Assembly (NCBI GenBank): GCA_024640765.1
Contig: JAHEEK010000004.1
Coordinates: 114,575-146,574, forward strand
DNA: 32,000 bases
DNA from: Thalassobium sp.
GTDB lineage: Bacteria; Pseudomonadota; Alphaproteobacteria; Rhodobacterales; Rhodobacteraceae
Reading direction: 5' to 3'
The notes under the pieces were generated by a model that saw only the letters and a list, made by a program, of their open reading frames with translations, was not told the DNA's origin and searched no databases. Shown here piece after piece: positions 17,574-27,431 of this stretch (positions are counted from its first letter, which is position 1; the number at the start of each line of letters is the position of its first letter). Position numbers and translations under genes: made by a program.

Positions 17574-20261
17574 ATGACCATTACAGTCGGACATGACAGC
17601 GCAAAAACCCGCAAAACGCTTACAGTTGGTGCACAAAGCATCGACTATTACTCGATTCCCGCAGCGACTGCTGCTGGCTTGGGTGATTTCGCGAAATTGC
17701 CCGCGGCCCTGAAGGTCGTTTTGGAAAACATGCTGCGCTTTGAAGATGGCAAAACGGTTAGCGTTGACGATATCAAAGCATTCGCCGAATGGGGTGCCAA
17801 AGGCGGCAAAAACCCACGCGAGATCGCCTACCGCCCTGCCCGTGTTTTGATGCAGGATTTCACAGGCGTTCCGGCCGTTGTTGACCTTGCAGCGATGCGT
17901 GACGGCATTGTGGCGCTTGGTGGCAACCCTGACAAAATCAACCCGTTGAACCCTGTTGATCTGGTCATCGACCACTCTGTGATGATCGACGAATTTGGCA
18001 ACCCACGTGCGTTCCAGATGAACGTGGACCGTGAGTACGAGCGCAACATTGAGCGCTATACCTTCCTGAAATGGGGCCAAAAAGCATTTGATAACTTCCG
18101 CGTCGTGCCTCCCGGCACTGGTATCTGCCACCAGGTAAACCTCGAGTATCTTGCGCAAACTGTCTGGACTGACAAAGATCAAAACGGCGTTGACGTTGCA
18201 TACCCTGACACGCTTGTTGGTACAGACAGCCACACCACAATGGTGAACGGCGCAGCTGTTCTTGGCTGGGGCGTTGGCGGTATTGAAGCCGAAGCAGCAA
18301 TGCTTGGTCAGCCTATTTCCATGTTGATCCCCGAAGTTATCGGGTTTGAGCTGACTGGTGCCATGATGGAAGGCACCACAGGTACCGACTTGGTCCTGAA
18401 GGTCGTTGAAATGCTGCGTGCTAAAGGCGTTGTTGGCAAATTCGTCGAATTCTACGGCGCAGGCCTTGATAAACTGCCACTGGCTGACCGTGCGACAATC
18501 GCCAACATGGCGCCAGAATATGGTGCGACATGTGGCTTCTTCCCAATCGACAGCGAAACCCTGCGCTACCTGCGCAACACAGGCCGCGACGAAGATCGCG
18601 TAGCCCTCGTTGAAGCATATGCCAAAGAAAACGGTTTCTGGCGTGGTGATGATTACGCACCTGTTTACACAGACACCTTACACCTTGATATGGGCACAAT
18701 TGTTCCGGCAATTTCCGGTCCAAAGCGCCCACAAGACTACGTTGCATTGACTGGCGCCAAAGCCGCGTTTGCCAAAGAAATGGAAAAGACCTTCAAGCGC
18801 CCAATGGGCAAGCAGGTTCCCGTCGCTGGCGAAGATTACACAATGGAATCAGGTAAAGTTTTGATTGCCTCAATCACCTCATGCACCAACACGTCCAACC
18901 CCTACGTCATGATCGGCGCGGGCCTTGTGGCGCGCAAAGCTGCTGCACTTGGCCTTGACCGTAAACCATGGGTGAAAACTTCCCTCGCACCAGGCAGCCA
19001 AGTTGTTTCGGCGTATCTCGAAGCGGCAGATCTGCAAGATGATTTGGATAAAATTGGCTTCAACCTCGTGGGCTACGGCTGCACAACATGTATCGGCAAC
19101 TCAGGTCCGATCCAAAAAGAGCTGTCAGAAGCTATCGCCGAAGGTGATTTGGTTGCGACATCAGTGTTGTCCGGTAACCGCAACTTTGAAGGCCGGATTT
19201 CACCAGACGTGCGTGCAAACTATCTCGCGTCACCTCCCCTTGTTGTAGCCTACGCTCTTGCGGGCACGATGGACATCAACCTTGCGACGGATCCGATCAC
19301 ACAGACGCCAGACGGCAAAGATGTGTATCTGAAAGACATCTGGCCCACCAGCCAAGAGGTCGCCGAACTGGTTGAGCAAACCGTGACCCGTGAAGCGTTC
19401 CTGTCGAAATACGCAGATGTCTTTAAAGGCGATGACAAGTGGCAAGCCGTTGAAACAACTGACGAAAAAACATACGACTGGCCTGCTGCGTCAACATATG
19501 TGCAAAACCCGCCTTACTTCCAAGGCATCACAATGGCGACCAAGAAGATCGAAAACATCGAAGGTGCCAAGGTTTTGGCCGTCCTTGGTGACATGATCAC
19601 AACCGACCACATTAGCCCTGCTGGTTCATTCAAAGATACCACGCCTGCTGGTCAATATCTGGTCGAGCGTCAGGTCCCTGTCCGTGAGTTCAACTCATAC
19701 GGGTCCCGCCGTGGTAACCACGAGGTCATGATGCGCGGCACATTTGCCAACATTCGCATCAAGAACGAAATGCTCGACGATGTTGAGGGTGGCTACACCA
19801 AAGGTCCGAACGGCGACGAGACATCAATCTTTGACGCCGCGATGGCCTACCAAGAAGCTGGCACACCGCTGGTCATCTTTGGTGGTGAGCAGTACGGTGC
19901 GGGCTCGTCCCGTGACTGGGCAGCTAAAGGCACAGCCCTTTTGGGTGTTAAAGCTGTGATCGCTGAAAGCTTTGAGCGTATCCACCGTTCAAACTTGGTT
20001 GGCATGGGCGTTATCCCGCTTGAATTCACAGGTGGTGACAGCCGTAAATCACTTGGCTTGACTGGTGAAGAAACTGTGGCGATCAATGGCCTCGATACAA
20101 TCGAGCCGCTGCAAGAAGTGCCCGCGACCATCACAATGGCCGATGGGTCACAAAAGCACATCATGCTGAAGTGCCGTATCGATACAAACATCGAGATCGA
20201 ATACATCGAAAACGGTGGCGTGCTTCACTACGTGCTGCGCAACCTTGCCAAAGCTGCGTAA
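17574..20261 (+). CDS. acnA: aconitate hydratase A
   Basis: 895 aa from ATG 17574 (GGAAGGA upstream). Aconitase blocks VLMQDFTGVPAVVDLA, GTDSHTTM, SCTNTSNP and CTTCIGNSG are present. Confidence 0.97.
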   Translation: MTITVGHDSAKTRKTLTVGAQSIDYYSIPAATAAGLGDFAKLPAALKVVLENMLRFEDGKTVSVDDIKAFAEWGAKGGKNPREIAYRPARVLMQDFTGVPAVVDLAAMRDGIVALGGNPDKINPLNPVDLVIDHSVMIDEFGNPRAFQMNVDREYERNIERYTFLKWGQKAFDNFRVVPPGTGICHQVNLEYLAQTVWTDKDQNGVDVAYPDTLVGTDSHTTMVNGAAVLGWGVGGIEAEAAMLGQPISMLIPEVIGFELTGAMMEGTTGTDLVLKVVEMLRAKGVVGKFVEFYGAGLDKLPLADRATIANMAPEYGATCGFFPIDSETLRYLRNTGRDEDRVALVEAYAKENGFWRGDDYAPVYTDTLHLDMGTIVPAISGPKRPQDYVALTGAKAAFAKEMEKTFKRPMGKQVPVAGEDYTMESGKVLIASITSCTNTSNPYVMIGAGLVARKAAALGLDRKPWVKTSLAPGSQVVSAYLEAADLQDDLDKIGFNLVGYGCTTCIGNSGPIQKELSEAIAEGDLVATSVLSGNRNFEGRISPDVRANYLASPPLVVAYALAGTMDINLATDPITQTPDGKDVYLKDIWPTSQEVAELVEQTVTREAFLSKYADVFKGDDKWQAVETTDEKTYDWPAASTYVQNPPYFQGITMATKKIENIEGAKVLAVLGDMITTDHISPAGSFKDTTPAGQYLVERQVPVREFNSYGSRRGNHEVMMRGTFANIRIKNEMLDDVEGGYTKGPNGDETSIFDAAMAYQEAGTPLVIFGGEQYGAGSSRDWAAKGTALLGVKAVIAESFERIHRSNLVGMGVIPLEFTGGDSRKSLGLTGEETVAINGLDTIEPLQEVPATITMADGSQKHIMLKCRIDTNIEIEYIENGGVLHYVLRNLAKAA

Positions 20262-20280
20262 GCTAATGCCATAGTAATTA

Positions 20281-20317
20281 AAAACGCCCCGCTGTTTATT
20301 CGGCGGGGCGTTTTTTG
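20281..20317. terminator. Rho-independent terminator shared by the convergent acnA and ccmG
   Basis: CGCCCCGC (20285-20292) pairs with GCGGGGCG (20303-20310). AAAAA flanks it on the left and TTTTTT on the right. Confidence 0.75.
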
Positions 20318-20368
20318 TTTGAAGTGTTGAATGGATATTTGGGAACAAAAGAAGACGCAGGTTATGCG

Positions 20369-20911
20369 CTACTTGTTCTGCGCCGCTTCAATCTCGGGCA
20401 AGATAGTGCTGTCCAATATACTTTTTGTGATTGGGCCCGCGAAGCGGAATGTGATCTGCCCTTTTGCATCAACAACGAACGTCTCGGGAATACCGTAAAC
20501 GCCCCATTCAATCGCAGTGGCACGGCCTGTTAAGTCCTGACCGACACCGCGGTACGGATCACCAAGCTCATTCAAAAACCCAATAGCATTCCCGTTGCCA
20601 GCATCTTTGTAGTTCACGCCATAAATGGGAATGTCACTTCCAGCGAGCGCCATCAGTTGATCATGCTCTGCACGGCACGGCGCGCACCAGCTGGCCCAAA
20701 AATTAACAAGTTTAACACCTGCTTCACCAAGTGCATCCGGCGGGATCTCTGATTTATTTGACAGTTGGCTCACAACAATCGGAGGCGCCTCTCGGCCGAT
20801 CAGCGCAGACGGCAACGCATCGGGATCGTCACGGAACAATCCCGCCGCTACAAGCCCGGCAAACCCCACAAAGATAAGGGGCGGTATGATCATCAGCGGC
20901 TTAAGTGCCAT
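20369..20911 (-). CDS. ccmG: thiol:disulfide interchange protein CcmG/DsbE (HelX-type)
   Basis: The motifs NFWASWCAPCRAEH (thioredoxin CxxC) and GVYGIPETFVVD are present. Start MALKPLM at 20911 overlaps the ccmD stop by 11 nt. Confidence 0.92.
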   Translation of the reverse strand: MALKPLMIIPPLIFVGFAGLVAAGLFRDDPDALPSALIGREAPPIVVSQLSNKSEIPPDALGEAGVKLVNFWASWCAPCRAEHDQLMALAGSDIPIYGVNYKDAGNGNAIGFLNELGDPYRGVGQDLTGRATAIEWGVYGIPETFVVDAKGQITFRFAGPITKSILDSTILPEIEAAQNK

Positions 20912-21068
20912 TGTTCTGCCGCGCCTCAATACGTGCTTCTGCAACAGCAAGGTCAGCTTTCATGCGTTTTGCCCGATACATCGAAAGACCAATAAGACCC
21001 ACAATCAACCCAAGCGAGATACCATAGGCCAACACAACATCCGCCGCGTATTTTCCCAGATCGATCAT
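20901..21068 (-). CDS. ccmD: heme exporter protein CcmD (55 aa, not in the ORF track)
   Basis: Hand translation gives MIDLGKYAADVVLAYGISLGLIVGLIGLSMYRAKRMKADLAVAEARIEARQNNGT. It has a single TM, sits between ccmC and ccmG, and its start makes an ATGA overlap with the ccmC stop. Confidence 0.75.
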   Translation of the reverse strand: MIDLGKYAADVVLAYGISLGLIVGLIGLSMYRAKRMKADLAVAEARIEARQNNGT

Positions 21069-21799
21069 GCGGACATCCTTTCGTGGGCATTCAAAACTGC
21101 CAAGCGGCGGGCGCGCACTTCGGTCCGCGTGCGCAGCAAGACTAGGGCAACAAAAAGCACGCCGAATCCCACCATCGATATGGCCAGTGGGATGAAAAAC
21201 ACATCGTCAACAGTCCTCTCGCCCGTGGCTACGGGTACAGATGTGCCTTGGTGCAAACCTTGGTTCCAAAAGCGCGTGGCGTAGCGTGACAACAACGCAA
21301 AGACCGATCCGACCAAACACATCACAGAGGTCAGATCAGCGGCGGTATCTTTGTCCTCCACCGCTTCCCACAGCGCTATGTATCCCAAATAGAAGAGAAA
21401 AAGGATCAAGAATGATGTCAAACGCGGGTCCCACGCCCAGTAGGTTCCCCACATGGGATTGCCCCAAATCGCACCGGTGGCCAGCGCCACAAGCGTCATC
21501 ACCATCCCGATTGGTGCTGCGGCTTTGGCCGCAAGCGCGCTGACGTGATGGCGTCGAATGAGCCAGATCAGGGACGTTACCAGCATCATCACCCAAACAT
21601 TAATGGCCATCATCGCAGAGGGCACATGAATATAGATAATCTTAACGGTACTGCCCATCCGAAAATCATCTGGCGTGAAGAAAAAGCCCCAAATTAGGCC
21701 GACACAACACAGCAACGCGGCACCCACGGATGCCCACGGCAACAGTCTGCCCGAGAGTGCCATAAATTTGCGCGGATTTGCATATTCCCAAAGTGACAT
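21065..21799 (-). CDS. ccmC: heme exporter protein CcmC
   Basis: The Trp-rich heme-handling motif WGTYWAWDPRLTS is present. The start is moved to MSLWEYANP (ATG 21799). Confidence 0.95.
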   Translation of the reverse strand: MSLWEYANPRKFMALSGRLLPWASVGAALLCCVGLIWGFFFTPDDFRMGSTVKIIYIHVPSAMMAINVWVMMLVTSLIWLIRRHHVSALAAKAAAPIGMVMTLVALATGAIWGNPMWGTYWAWDPRLTSFLILFLFYLGYIALWEAVEDKDTAADLTSVMCLVGSVFALLSRYATRFWNQGLHQGTSVPVATGERTVDDVFFIPLAISMVGFGVLFVALVLLRTRTEVRARRLAVLNAHERMSA

Positions 21800-21857
21800 G
21801 CTCTTCAAATAGCCCCTCTTTTCATGATTGTCAGCCCTATGCGCCGTTGCATCGCAC

Positions 21858-22520
21858 TCACGATCCCTTGAGCCCTGCGCGCAATGCAGCAGAACTCGCA
21901 AATGGCATGATTGCAACTACTCCTAAGGTCAGCCCTGCGAGCATAACTGCAGGTACGCTGGCGTCCAACCCTTGGCCCGCGCGACGTACTACGTCGGCGC
22001 CAAATATAAGCGTTGGTACATAAAGCGGCAAAACCAAAAGGGATATCAGCAGGCCACCGCGTTTTAACCCAACGGTAAGTGCCGCGCCGAATGCGCCGAT
22101 CACACTTAATGCAGGTGTTCCGATCAGCAGTGATAACAGCAGCCAGCCGTAAGACTGTGATGGAAGGTTCAACATAAGACCAAGAAGCGGTGCAGCTACG
22201 ACCAATGGCAGCCCCGTTGTTAACCAATGCGCCAGCGACTTTGCCGTAACGATGCCCTCTAACGGGAGCGGCGAGCTAGCCATCAAATCAAGCGCGCCGT
22301 CTTCAAAATCTAAAGCGAAAATACGCTCAAGCGACAGAAGGCATGACAAAAGTGCACCGACCCAAAGAACGCCAGGCGCGATTGAAGCCAAGACGTCTGG
22401 CTGCGGGCCCACGCCAAATGGGATAAGCGTTGCAAGGATCAAAAAAAACGCGAGGCCCAAGCCGAAGCCGCCGCCCGCCCGCATTGCGAGCCGTAAATCC
22501 CGAAGAAGCAGGGCCTTCAC
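21858..22520 (-). CDS. ccmB: heme exporter permease CcmB
   Basis: A 220-aa polytopic protein with [16 protein letters not shown], typical of CcmB. Its start makes an ATGA overlap with the ccmA stop. Confidence 0.93.
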   Translation of the reverse strand: MKALLLRDLRLAMRAGGGFGLGLAFFLILATLIPFGVGPQPDVLASIAPGVLWVGALLSCLLSLERIFALDFEDGALDLMASSPLPLEGIVTAKSLAHWLTTGLPLVVAAPLLGLMLNLPSQSYGWLLLSLLIGTPALSVIGAFGAALTVGLKRGGLLISLLVLPLYVPTLIFGADVVRRAGQGLDASVPAVMLAGLTLGVVAIMPFASSAALRAGLKGS

Positions 22521-23137
22521 CAGTAGTCCCCGTTGGAGGTATCGGCTGTCACGTCCGCTTTGGCCTTAAATGGTGTTAAATCAAGCGTTTCAGCCTCAAT
22601 CCCAAGATCGATGTGCGTCGCAATCAGAGCAGCCCCACCGCCCGCAAGATGTGCCCCCACAATATCCGCGAAAAGCGCAACTGATGCGCGGTCAAGCGAG
22701 ACTGTGGGCTCGTCAAGTACCCAGATTGACCTTGCGGTAACGAGCAAGCGACCCAAGCCAAGCCGGCGCTTTTGGCCCGCTGACATTTGTGCAGCTGGTC
22801 GATCAATCAACTCCGTCAGGTTCATCGCTTGAAGCGCGGCGTCCACATCAGATGACCCATTACCATAAACTTCGGCCCAAAATTGCAGATTTTCACGCAC
22901 TGTAAGCTGCGCCTTAATTCCGTCCGCGTGACTTGCAAACGCAATACTTTCATCAGGCGCTTGGATCGTTCCGTTAACTGTCGGCTGAAGACCAGAAATA
23001 GCGCGCAGCAGCGTTGTCTTTCCGATCCCGTTTTCGCCCCGCAAAATCAGCGCATTGCCAGCGGCGAGCTGAAAACTGACACCTTCAAGCACTGTGATGC
23101 CACCGCGGGCAACGGCTACATCATTAAGTTCCAGCAT
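22517..23137 (-). CDS. ccmA: heme exporter ATP-binding protein CcmA
   Basis: Walker [13 protein letters not shown] signature [11 protein letters not shown] and Walker B IWVLDEP are present. Start MLELNDV at 23137. Confidence 0.93.
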   Translation of the reverse strand: MLELNDVAVARGGITVLEGVSFQLAAGNALILRGENGIGKTTLLRAISGLQPTVNGTIQAPDESIAFASHADGIKAQLTVRENLQFWAEVYGNGSSDVDAALQAMNLTELIDRPAAQMSAGQKRRLGLGRLLVTARSIWVLDEPTVSLDRASVALFADIVGAHLAGGGAALIATHIDLGIEAETLDLTPFKAKADVTADTSNGDYW

Positions 23138-23490
23138 CAGACGGGGATCAGCGCCAATCCAATGCGCCGCCCTTCTGAAACCAACACGTTGTATGTCCGG
23201 CACGCAGATGGAGACGACATGGGCTCAACACCAATACCAGTCTCTTCAATGGCCGTCTTCAAGGACGTTGGGATATGTACAATTTCCGCACCTGTGCCCA
23301 CAAAAAGAACATCGATTTGATCTGTAAACGGTTGAATAGCAGCAACATCTTCAAAGCCCGCCCAAGGCACCACATCATTTGGCATTACCAAAATTGGCCC
23401 TTGAAACACTTGCCCACCAACGCGAAAGAACCCTGCTCCGTATCCATCAACCGGCACTGCATCGTCGTAATGAATTTCATTCAGCTGCAT
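23137..23490 (-). CDS. Mth938-like (DUF498 / NDUFAF3-like) domain protein
   Basis: [20 protein letters not shown]...[16 protein letters not shown]...[33 protein letters not shown] matches the family pattern. Confidence 0.8.
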   Translation of the reverse strand: MQLNEIHYDDAVPVDGYGAGFFRVGGQVFQGPILVMPNDVVPWAGFEDVAAIQPFTDQIDVLFVGTGAEIVHIPTSLKTAIEETGIGVEPMSSPSACRTYNVLVSEGRRIGLALIPV

Positions 23491-23508
23491 CGTTTTACCC
23501 GTTTCGTA

Positions 23509-24261
23509 TTAGTCCCAAAGCGGCAGTCCGGAGACCGCCGAAATAGCAATGATTGTGTATGCAACCCGACGATATACTGCCTCGCGCGAGGGATCAAACA
23601 GACGGGTGCCAATCAAAATACCCGTCATATATGGCAGCGTCAGACCCGCGCCGATCACGATTGCCTCAATAGTCAGACGCCCTGTTGCGCCCATGACGCC
23701 CAACAACAACAAATCCGACAAAAGCAAAAACAACATATTGTTTGCCCGCACCACTGAAACGGGTTTCGAGCTGGCCATGTAGAGCAAAATCACGGGCGGC
23801 CCTGCAAGACCGCTGGTTCCACCGAAGAACCCTGCAAGCATACCTGTGACATAGATTAACCATTTATGAAGCACCCCACGGTATCGGAAGCCGCCGATCA
23901 AAATGACCAACAAAACAAGCGCTACCGTGGAAATGCCGTAGCGAAATACTTCGGGGGCAATGACACTTAGGATCGCCAATCCAATCGGCATCGTCAGCAC
24001 ATAACCAAGCCCGAGCCGCGCCACATCCTTGGGATCACCATCGCGGATCGCACGTGGAACCGCCGGAACAGGACCAAATAAATCGAGTATGACCATGGTG
24101 GTAAGCGCTACAAAAGGATCAAAAACGGAACTGGCGACGGGCATGTAGATCATCGCGGTGCCAAAGCCAGCAAAACCACGAACCAAGCCAGCGATAGTCA
24201 CGGTTACCAGCAACAGCGGCCAAGCCTCGGGGATGAATTCCCAAGAGGTTATCCCAAACAT
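23509..24261 (-). CDS. TauE/SafE (TSUP) family anion exporter
   Basis: A 250-aa polytopic membrane protein with an internal repeat. GFAGFGTAMIYMP and GFFGGTSGLAGPPVILLYM are typical TSUP blocks. Confidence 0.85.
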   Translation of the reverse strand: MFGITSWEFIPEAWPLLLVTVTIAGLVRGFAGFGTAMIYMPVASSVFDPFVALTTMVILDLFGPVPAVPRAIRDGDPKDVARLGLGYVLTMPIGLAILSVIAPEVFRYGISTVALVLLVILIGGFRYRGVLHKWLIYVTGMLAGFFGGTSGLAGPPVILLYMASSKPVSVVRANNMLFLLLSDLLLLGVMGATGRLTIEAIVIGAGLTLPYMTGILIGTRLFDPSREAVYRRVAYTIIAISAVSGLPLWD

Positions 24262-24285
24262 GTTTTCGTCCCCCGCGGCAGCGCG

Positions 24286-25260
24286 CTAGGCATCGGTGTT
24301 GCCGAATTGTGTGCCGCCCTCATCGGTCGGTTTTGACCAGTCGCGTTTAACACCCAAAGCAAGCAACGTGGCAGACGCTACAAAGATCGACGAATACGTC
24401 CCGACGATTACACCCCAAATCATCGCAAACACAAAGCCACGAATGACGTCACCGCCCAGAACGAACAAAGAGATCAACGCCAGTAAAGTTGTGACAGACG
24501 TCATGAACGTGCGCGAAAGAGTCTCGTTGATTGACAGGTTAAGAACTTCCTTGAGGTCTTTCTTCTTATAGCGTCGCAAGTTTTCACGAACGCGGTCAAA
24601 CACCACAACTGTATCGTTGAGCGAGTACCCAACAATTGTCAAAAGAGCCGCGATGATAGCCAGATCAAAGCGGATCTGAAGTTCAGAAAATACACCAACT
24701 GTAAGCACCACATCGTGCACCAACGCAGCCACGGCGCCCACTGCGAACTGCCACTCGAACCGCAACCAGATGTAGATAAGCACTGCCAAGATCGCCAAAA
24801 CCACAGCGATCGCGGCTGTTTGGATCAATTCGCCCGACACAGTCGGACCCACGCTGTCCACCGCAGGAAATGGCAAGACCAAGCCACTATCAACGGCACT
24901 AAGCGCATCTGCAACGGCGGCAATCATATCACCGGACGCTGCTTCTTCACCCTCTTGGGCCTGAATGCGAATTTGGCTGACAAACTGATCATCGCGGAAG
25001 TTCGGGTCAAAGACTTCGGTGATTGAAATATCCCCAAGCTCAAGCGGCCCAAGTGCCGCGCGGTAGCTTGCCACATCAACAGGCTGGCTGCTTTCCGTAC
25101 GAACTGTCGTGCCGCCCTGAAAATCGATGCCGTAGTTAAGCCCCTGAATAGCAAAGCTAATCAGCGCAACAATCATCATAATACCAGAAATGCCAAGCCA
25201 CAGTTTTGGACGAGCAAAGAAATCAAAATTGGTGTTATCGCGAACCAGACGCAAACGCAT
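24286..25260 (-). CDS. secF: protein translocase subunit SecF
   Basis: FDFFARPKLWLGISGIMMIVALISFAIQGLNYGIDFQGGT is the canonical SecF N-terminus. Confidence 0.96.
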   Translation of the reverse strand: MRLRLVRDNTNFDFFARPKLWLGISGIMMIVALISFAIQGLNYGIDFQGGTTVRTESSQPVDVASYRAALGPLELGDISITEVFDPNFRDDQFVSQIRIQAQEGEEAASGDMIAAVADALSAVDSGLVLPFPAVDSVGPTVSGELIQTAAIAVVLAILAVLIYIWLRFEWQFAVGAVAALVHDVVLTVGVFSELQIRFDLAIIAALLTIVGYSLNDTVVVFDRVRENLRRYKKKDLKEVLNLSINETLSRTFMTSVTTLLALISLFVLGGDVIRGFVFAMIWGVIVGTYSSIFVASATLLALGVKRDWSKPTDEGGTQFGNTDA

Positions 25261-25263
25261 TGG

Positions 25264-26925
25264 CTAGACCTCCAGTGTTTTCGGGCGGCGGCGCTCGAAC
25301 CAAATGACAACAATAAGCCGCGTCACAAATATCGCGGTAAAGACGGATGTGAGGATGCCCAAGCCAAGCGTGATAGCAAACCCACGCACAGGCCCCGACC
25401 CCATCACGAACAAGATGACAGCCGTAATGAAAGTGGTGATGTTCGCATCAAGAATAGCCGACAGAGCCTTTTCATAGCCCAGCTCAATAGCCCGCGCGGG
25501 CCCTTTGGCAGACTTAAGTTCTTCGCGGATGCGCTCAAAGATAAGCACGTTCGCATCAACAGCCATACCGATGGTCAGAACAATTCCCGCGATGCCCGGT
25601 AACGTCAAAGTGGCACCAATCATTGAGAGCAATCCAAAAATCATCGCCACGTTAACGATAAGGGCCACATTGGCGAACAGACCGAAGGTTCCGTAACTCA
25701 GCACCATAAAGACAAGAACGCCCGAAAACGCCGCGATGCATGCAATACGTCCCGCGTCGATACTATCCTGACCAAGCTGCGGTCCAATGGTGCGTTCTTC
25801 AACAAATGTCGGTTCAACCGGCAGAGCACCTGCGCGCAAAAGCACCGCAAGCTGCGTTGACTGCTCAAGCGAGAAATTACCCGAGATAATGCCTGACCCA
25901 CCGGGGATCGCTTCGTTAATACGTGGCGCGCTGATCACTTCTTCGTCCAACACGATCGCAAAAAGCTGGCCTACGTTCTCGGCCGTGTAGCGCCCGAATT
26001 TTGCGCCCCCTGCCGAATTGAAGCGGAAAGAAACCGCAGGGCCCCCATTTTGGTCAAAGCTTGGCTGGCTATCGACCAACTCCTCGCCGGTGACAACGGG
26101 GTTTTCTTCCAAGACATAAAAGACGCCCTCCTCATCAATCGACGGGAAAATCACATTGCCCACACCGGCACGGTCGTTCTCATTGCTCGTCCGCCCCACG
26201 ACGGGGTGAAAGCTAAGCTGCGCAGTCGTGCCGATCAGGTCTTTGAGTTCTTGCGCAGAGCCAAGACCCGGCACCTGAATGAGGATGCGGTTCGTGCCCT
26301 GACGCTGAATTGTGGGCTCACGGGTGCCAACTTCGTCAATCCGGCGACGGATGATTTCCAGCGACTGCAACATCGTACGTTCGTCTATTGCCAGACGTTC
26401 CGCCTCGGACATTGTCACGATCAGCAAATCGTTACGGCTTGTCACCTCAAAGTCGGTCGCACCCACCGTTGACAGGCTTACAACCGGACGTGCCAGCGCG
26501 CTAACAATCTCAATGGCACGGTCCATTTTGCTGGCGTCCGACAGGCGAATGCGCAGCTCTCCGTCTTCAATACCAATACGGCGGAACGTACCGATTGTGG
26601 CACGCTCGGCACGCATCGCATCAAGCACGGAGGGCCAAAAACCGACCAGACGCTTTTCATACACATCCTCAAGCGGCAGTTCCGCAAGAAGATGCGCGCC
26701 ACCGCGCAGATCAAGCCCCAAGTTCACCAAACCAGACGGCAAGAACGCGGGCCACTGTGCCGCGTTCTCTTCAAGTCCTGCCCCGGTTGCACCGCCTTCA
26801 AGCGCCAACACGGCATCATTATGCGCCTCAACCCGCGGATAAAACGCATTTGGAAAAGCCAACAAGAGGCCCGCCACAATGGTAAGGATGATAGCGATGC
26901 GCTTCCAAAGGTCGATTTGCAACAT
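25264..26925 (-). CDS. secD: protein translocase subunit SecD
   Basis: 553 aa with LGLDLRGGAHL, and the C-terminal TM bundle carries GIAGIVLTIGMAVDANVLIFERIREE. Confidence 0.96.
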   Translation of the reverse strand: MLQIDLWKRIAIILTIVAGLLLAFPNAFYPRVEAHNDAVLALEGGATGAGLEENAAQWPAFLPSGLVNLGLDLRGGAHLLAELPLEDVYEKRLVGFWPSVLDAMRAERATIGTFRRIGIEDGELRIRLSDASKMDRAIEIVSALARPVVSLSTVGATDFEVTSRNDLLIVTMSEAERLAIDERTMLQSLEIIRRRIDEVGTREPTIQRQGTNRILIQVPGLGSAQELKDLIGTTAQLSFHPVVGRTSNENDRAGVGNVIFPSIDEEGVFYVLEENPVVTGEELVDSQPSFDQNGGPAVSFRFNSAGGAKFGRYTAENVGQLFAIVLDEEVISAPRINEAIPGGSGIISGNFSLEQSTQLAVLLRAGALPVEPTFVEERTIGPQLGQDSIDAGRIACIAAFSGVLVFMVLSYGTFGLFANVALIVNVAMIFGLLSMIGATLTLPGIAGIVLTIGMAVDANVLIFERIREELKSAKGPARAIELGYEKALSAILDANITTFITAVILFVMGSGPVRGFAITLGLGILTSVFTAIFVTRLIVVIWFERRRPKTLEV

Positions 26926-26958
26926 GGGATAGAACCTTAAAAGAGGGACGAATTAGAG

Positions 26959-27240
26959 TTACTTAGCCGGTTCTGTTTTGTTCAAAACTTCAACGATGGT
27001 GCTTTGAACGACGCGCAGTTTGACGCCTTCAGCCACTTCAACTTCAGCTTCGTTTTCACCCTCTTTTACGCGGGTCACTTTACCGATCAGCCCGCCTTGG
27101 GTCACAACTTGATCCCCACGACGCAGGGCAGCTACCATTTCTTGGTGCTTTTTCAGTTTTTGCTGCTGAGGACGGATCAGCAGGAAATACATGATCGCGA
27201 AAATCAGAATGAGCGGGATAAATTGTGCAAACGCTTCCAT
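26959..27240 (-). CDS. yajC: preprotein translocase subunit YajC
   Basis: IPLILIFAIMYFLLIRPQQQKLKKHQEMVAALRRGDQVVTQGGLIGKV is canonical YajC. Confidence 0.93.
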   Translation of the reverse strand: MEAFAQFIPLILIFAIMYFLLIRPQQQKLKKHQEMVAALRRGDQVVTQGGLIGKVTRVKEGENEAEVEVAEGVKLRVVQSTIVEVLNKTEPAK

Positions 27241-27431
27241 CGGGGGCCTCTTTTTGCTGGGATGTTGGGGACAAAACGCCCCGTTAAAACTGGGCTGAAC
27301 CTATGTGTCAATTTCTGCAGGCGCAAGGTGCGAAAACAGCCAAATGTGCGCGGCAGTTGCGCTGGTCATTTCATGCGGTCGGGCGTATATCGGAGCGAAT
27401 ATTATTCACGCGCAGGACTGAGGCACACCCC

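Noticed and set aside
17351-17641. N-terminal extension of the 330-aa DUF1223 ORF.
   Set aside because: The extension covers the whole acnA promoter and start. The signal peptide MKQFIFAAGMAAVGAF with a GAGGAAG SD at 17350 is the natural start.
17535-18233. A 232-aa minus-strand ORF.
   Set aside because: It is antisense to the N-terminal part of acnA and also runs through the acnA promoter region. It has no motif support and is a shadow ORF.
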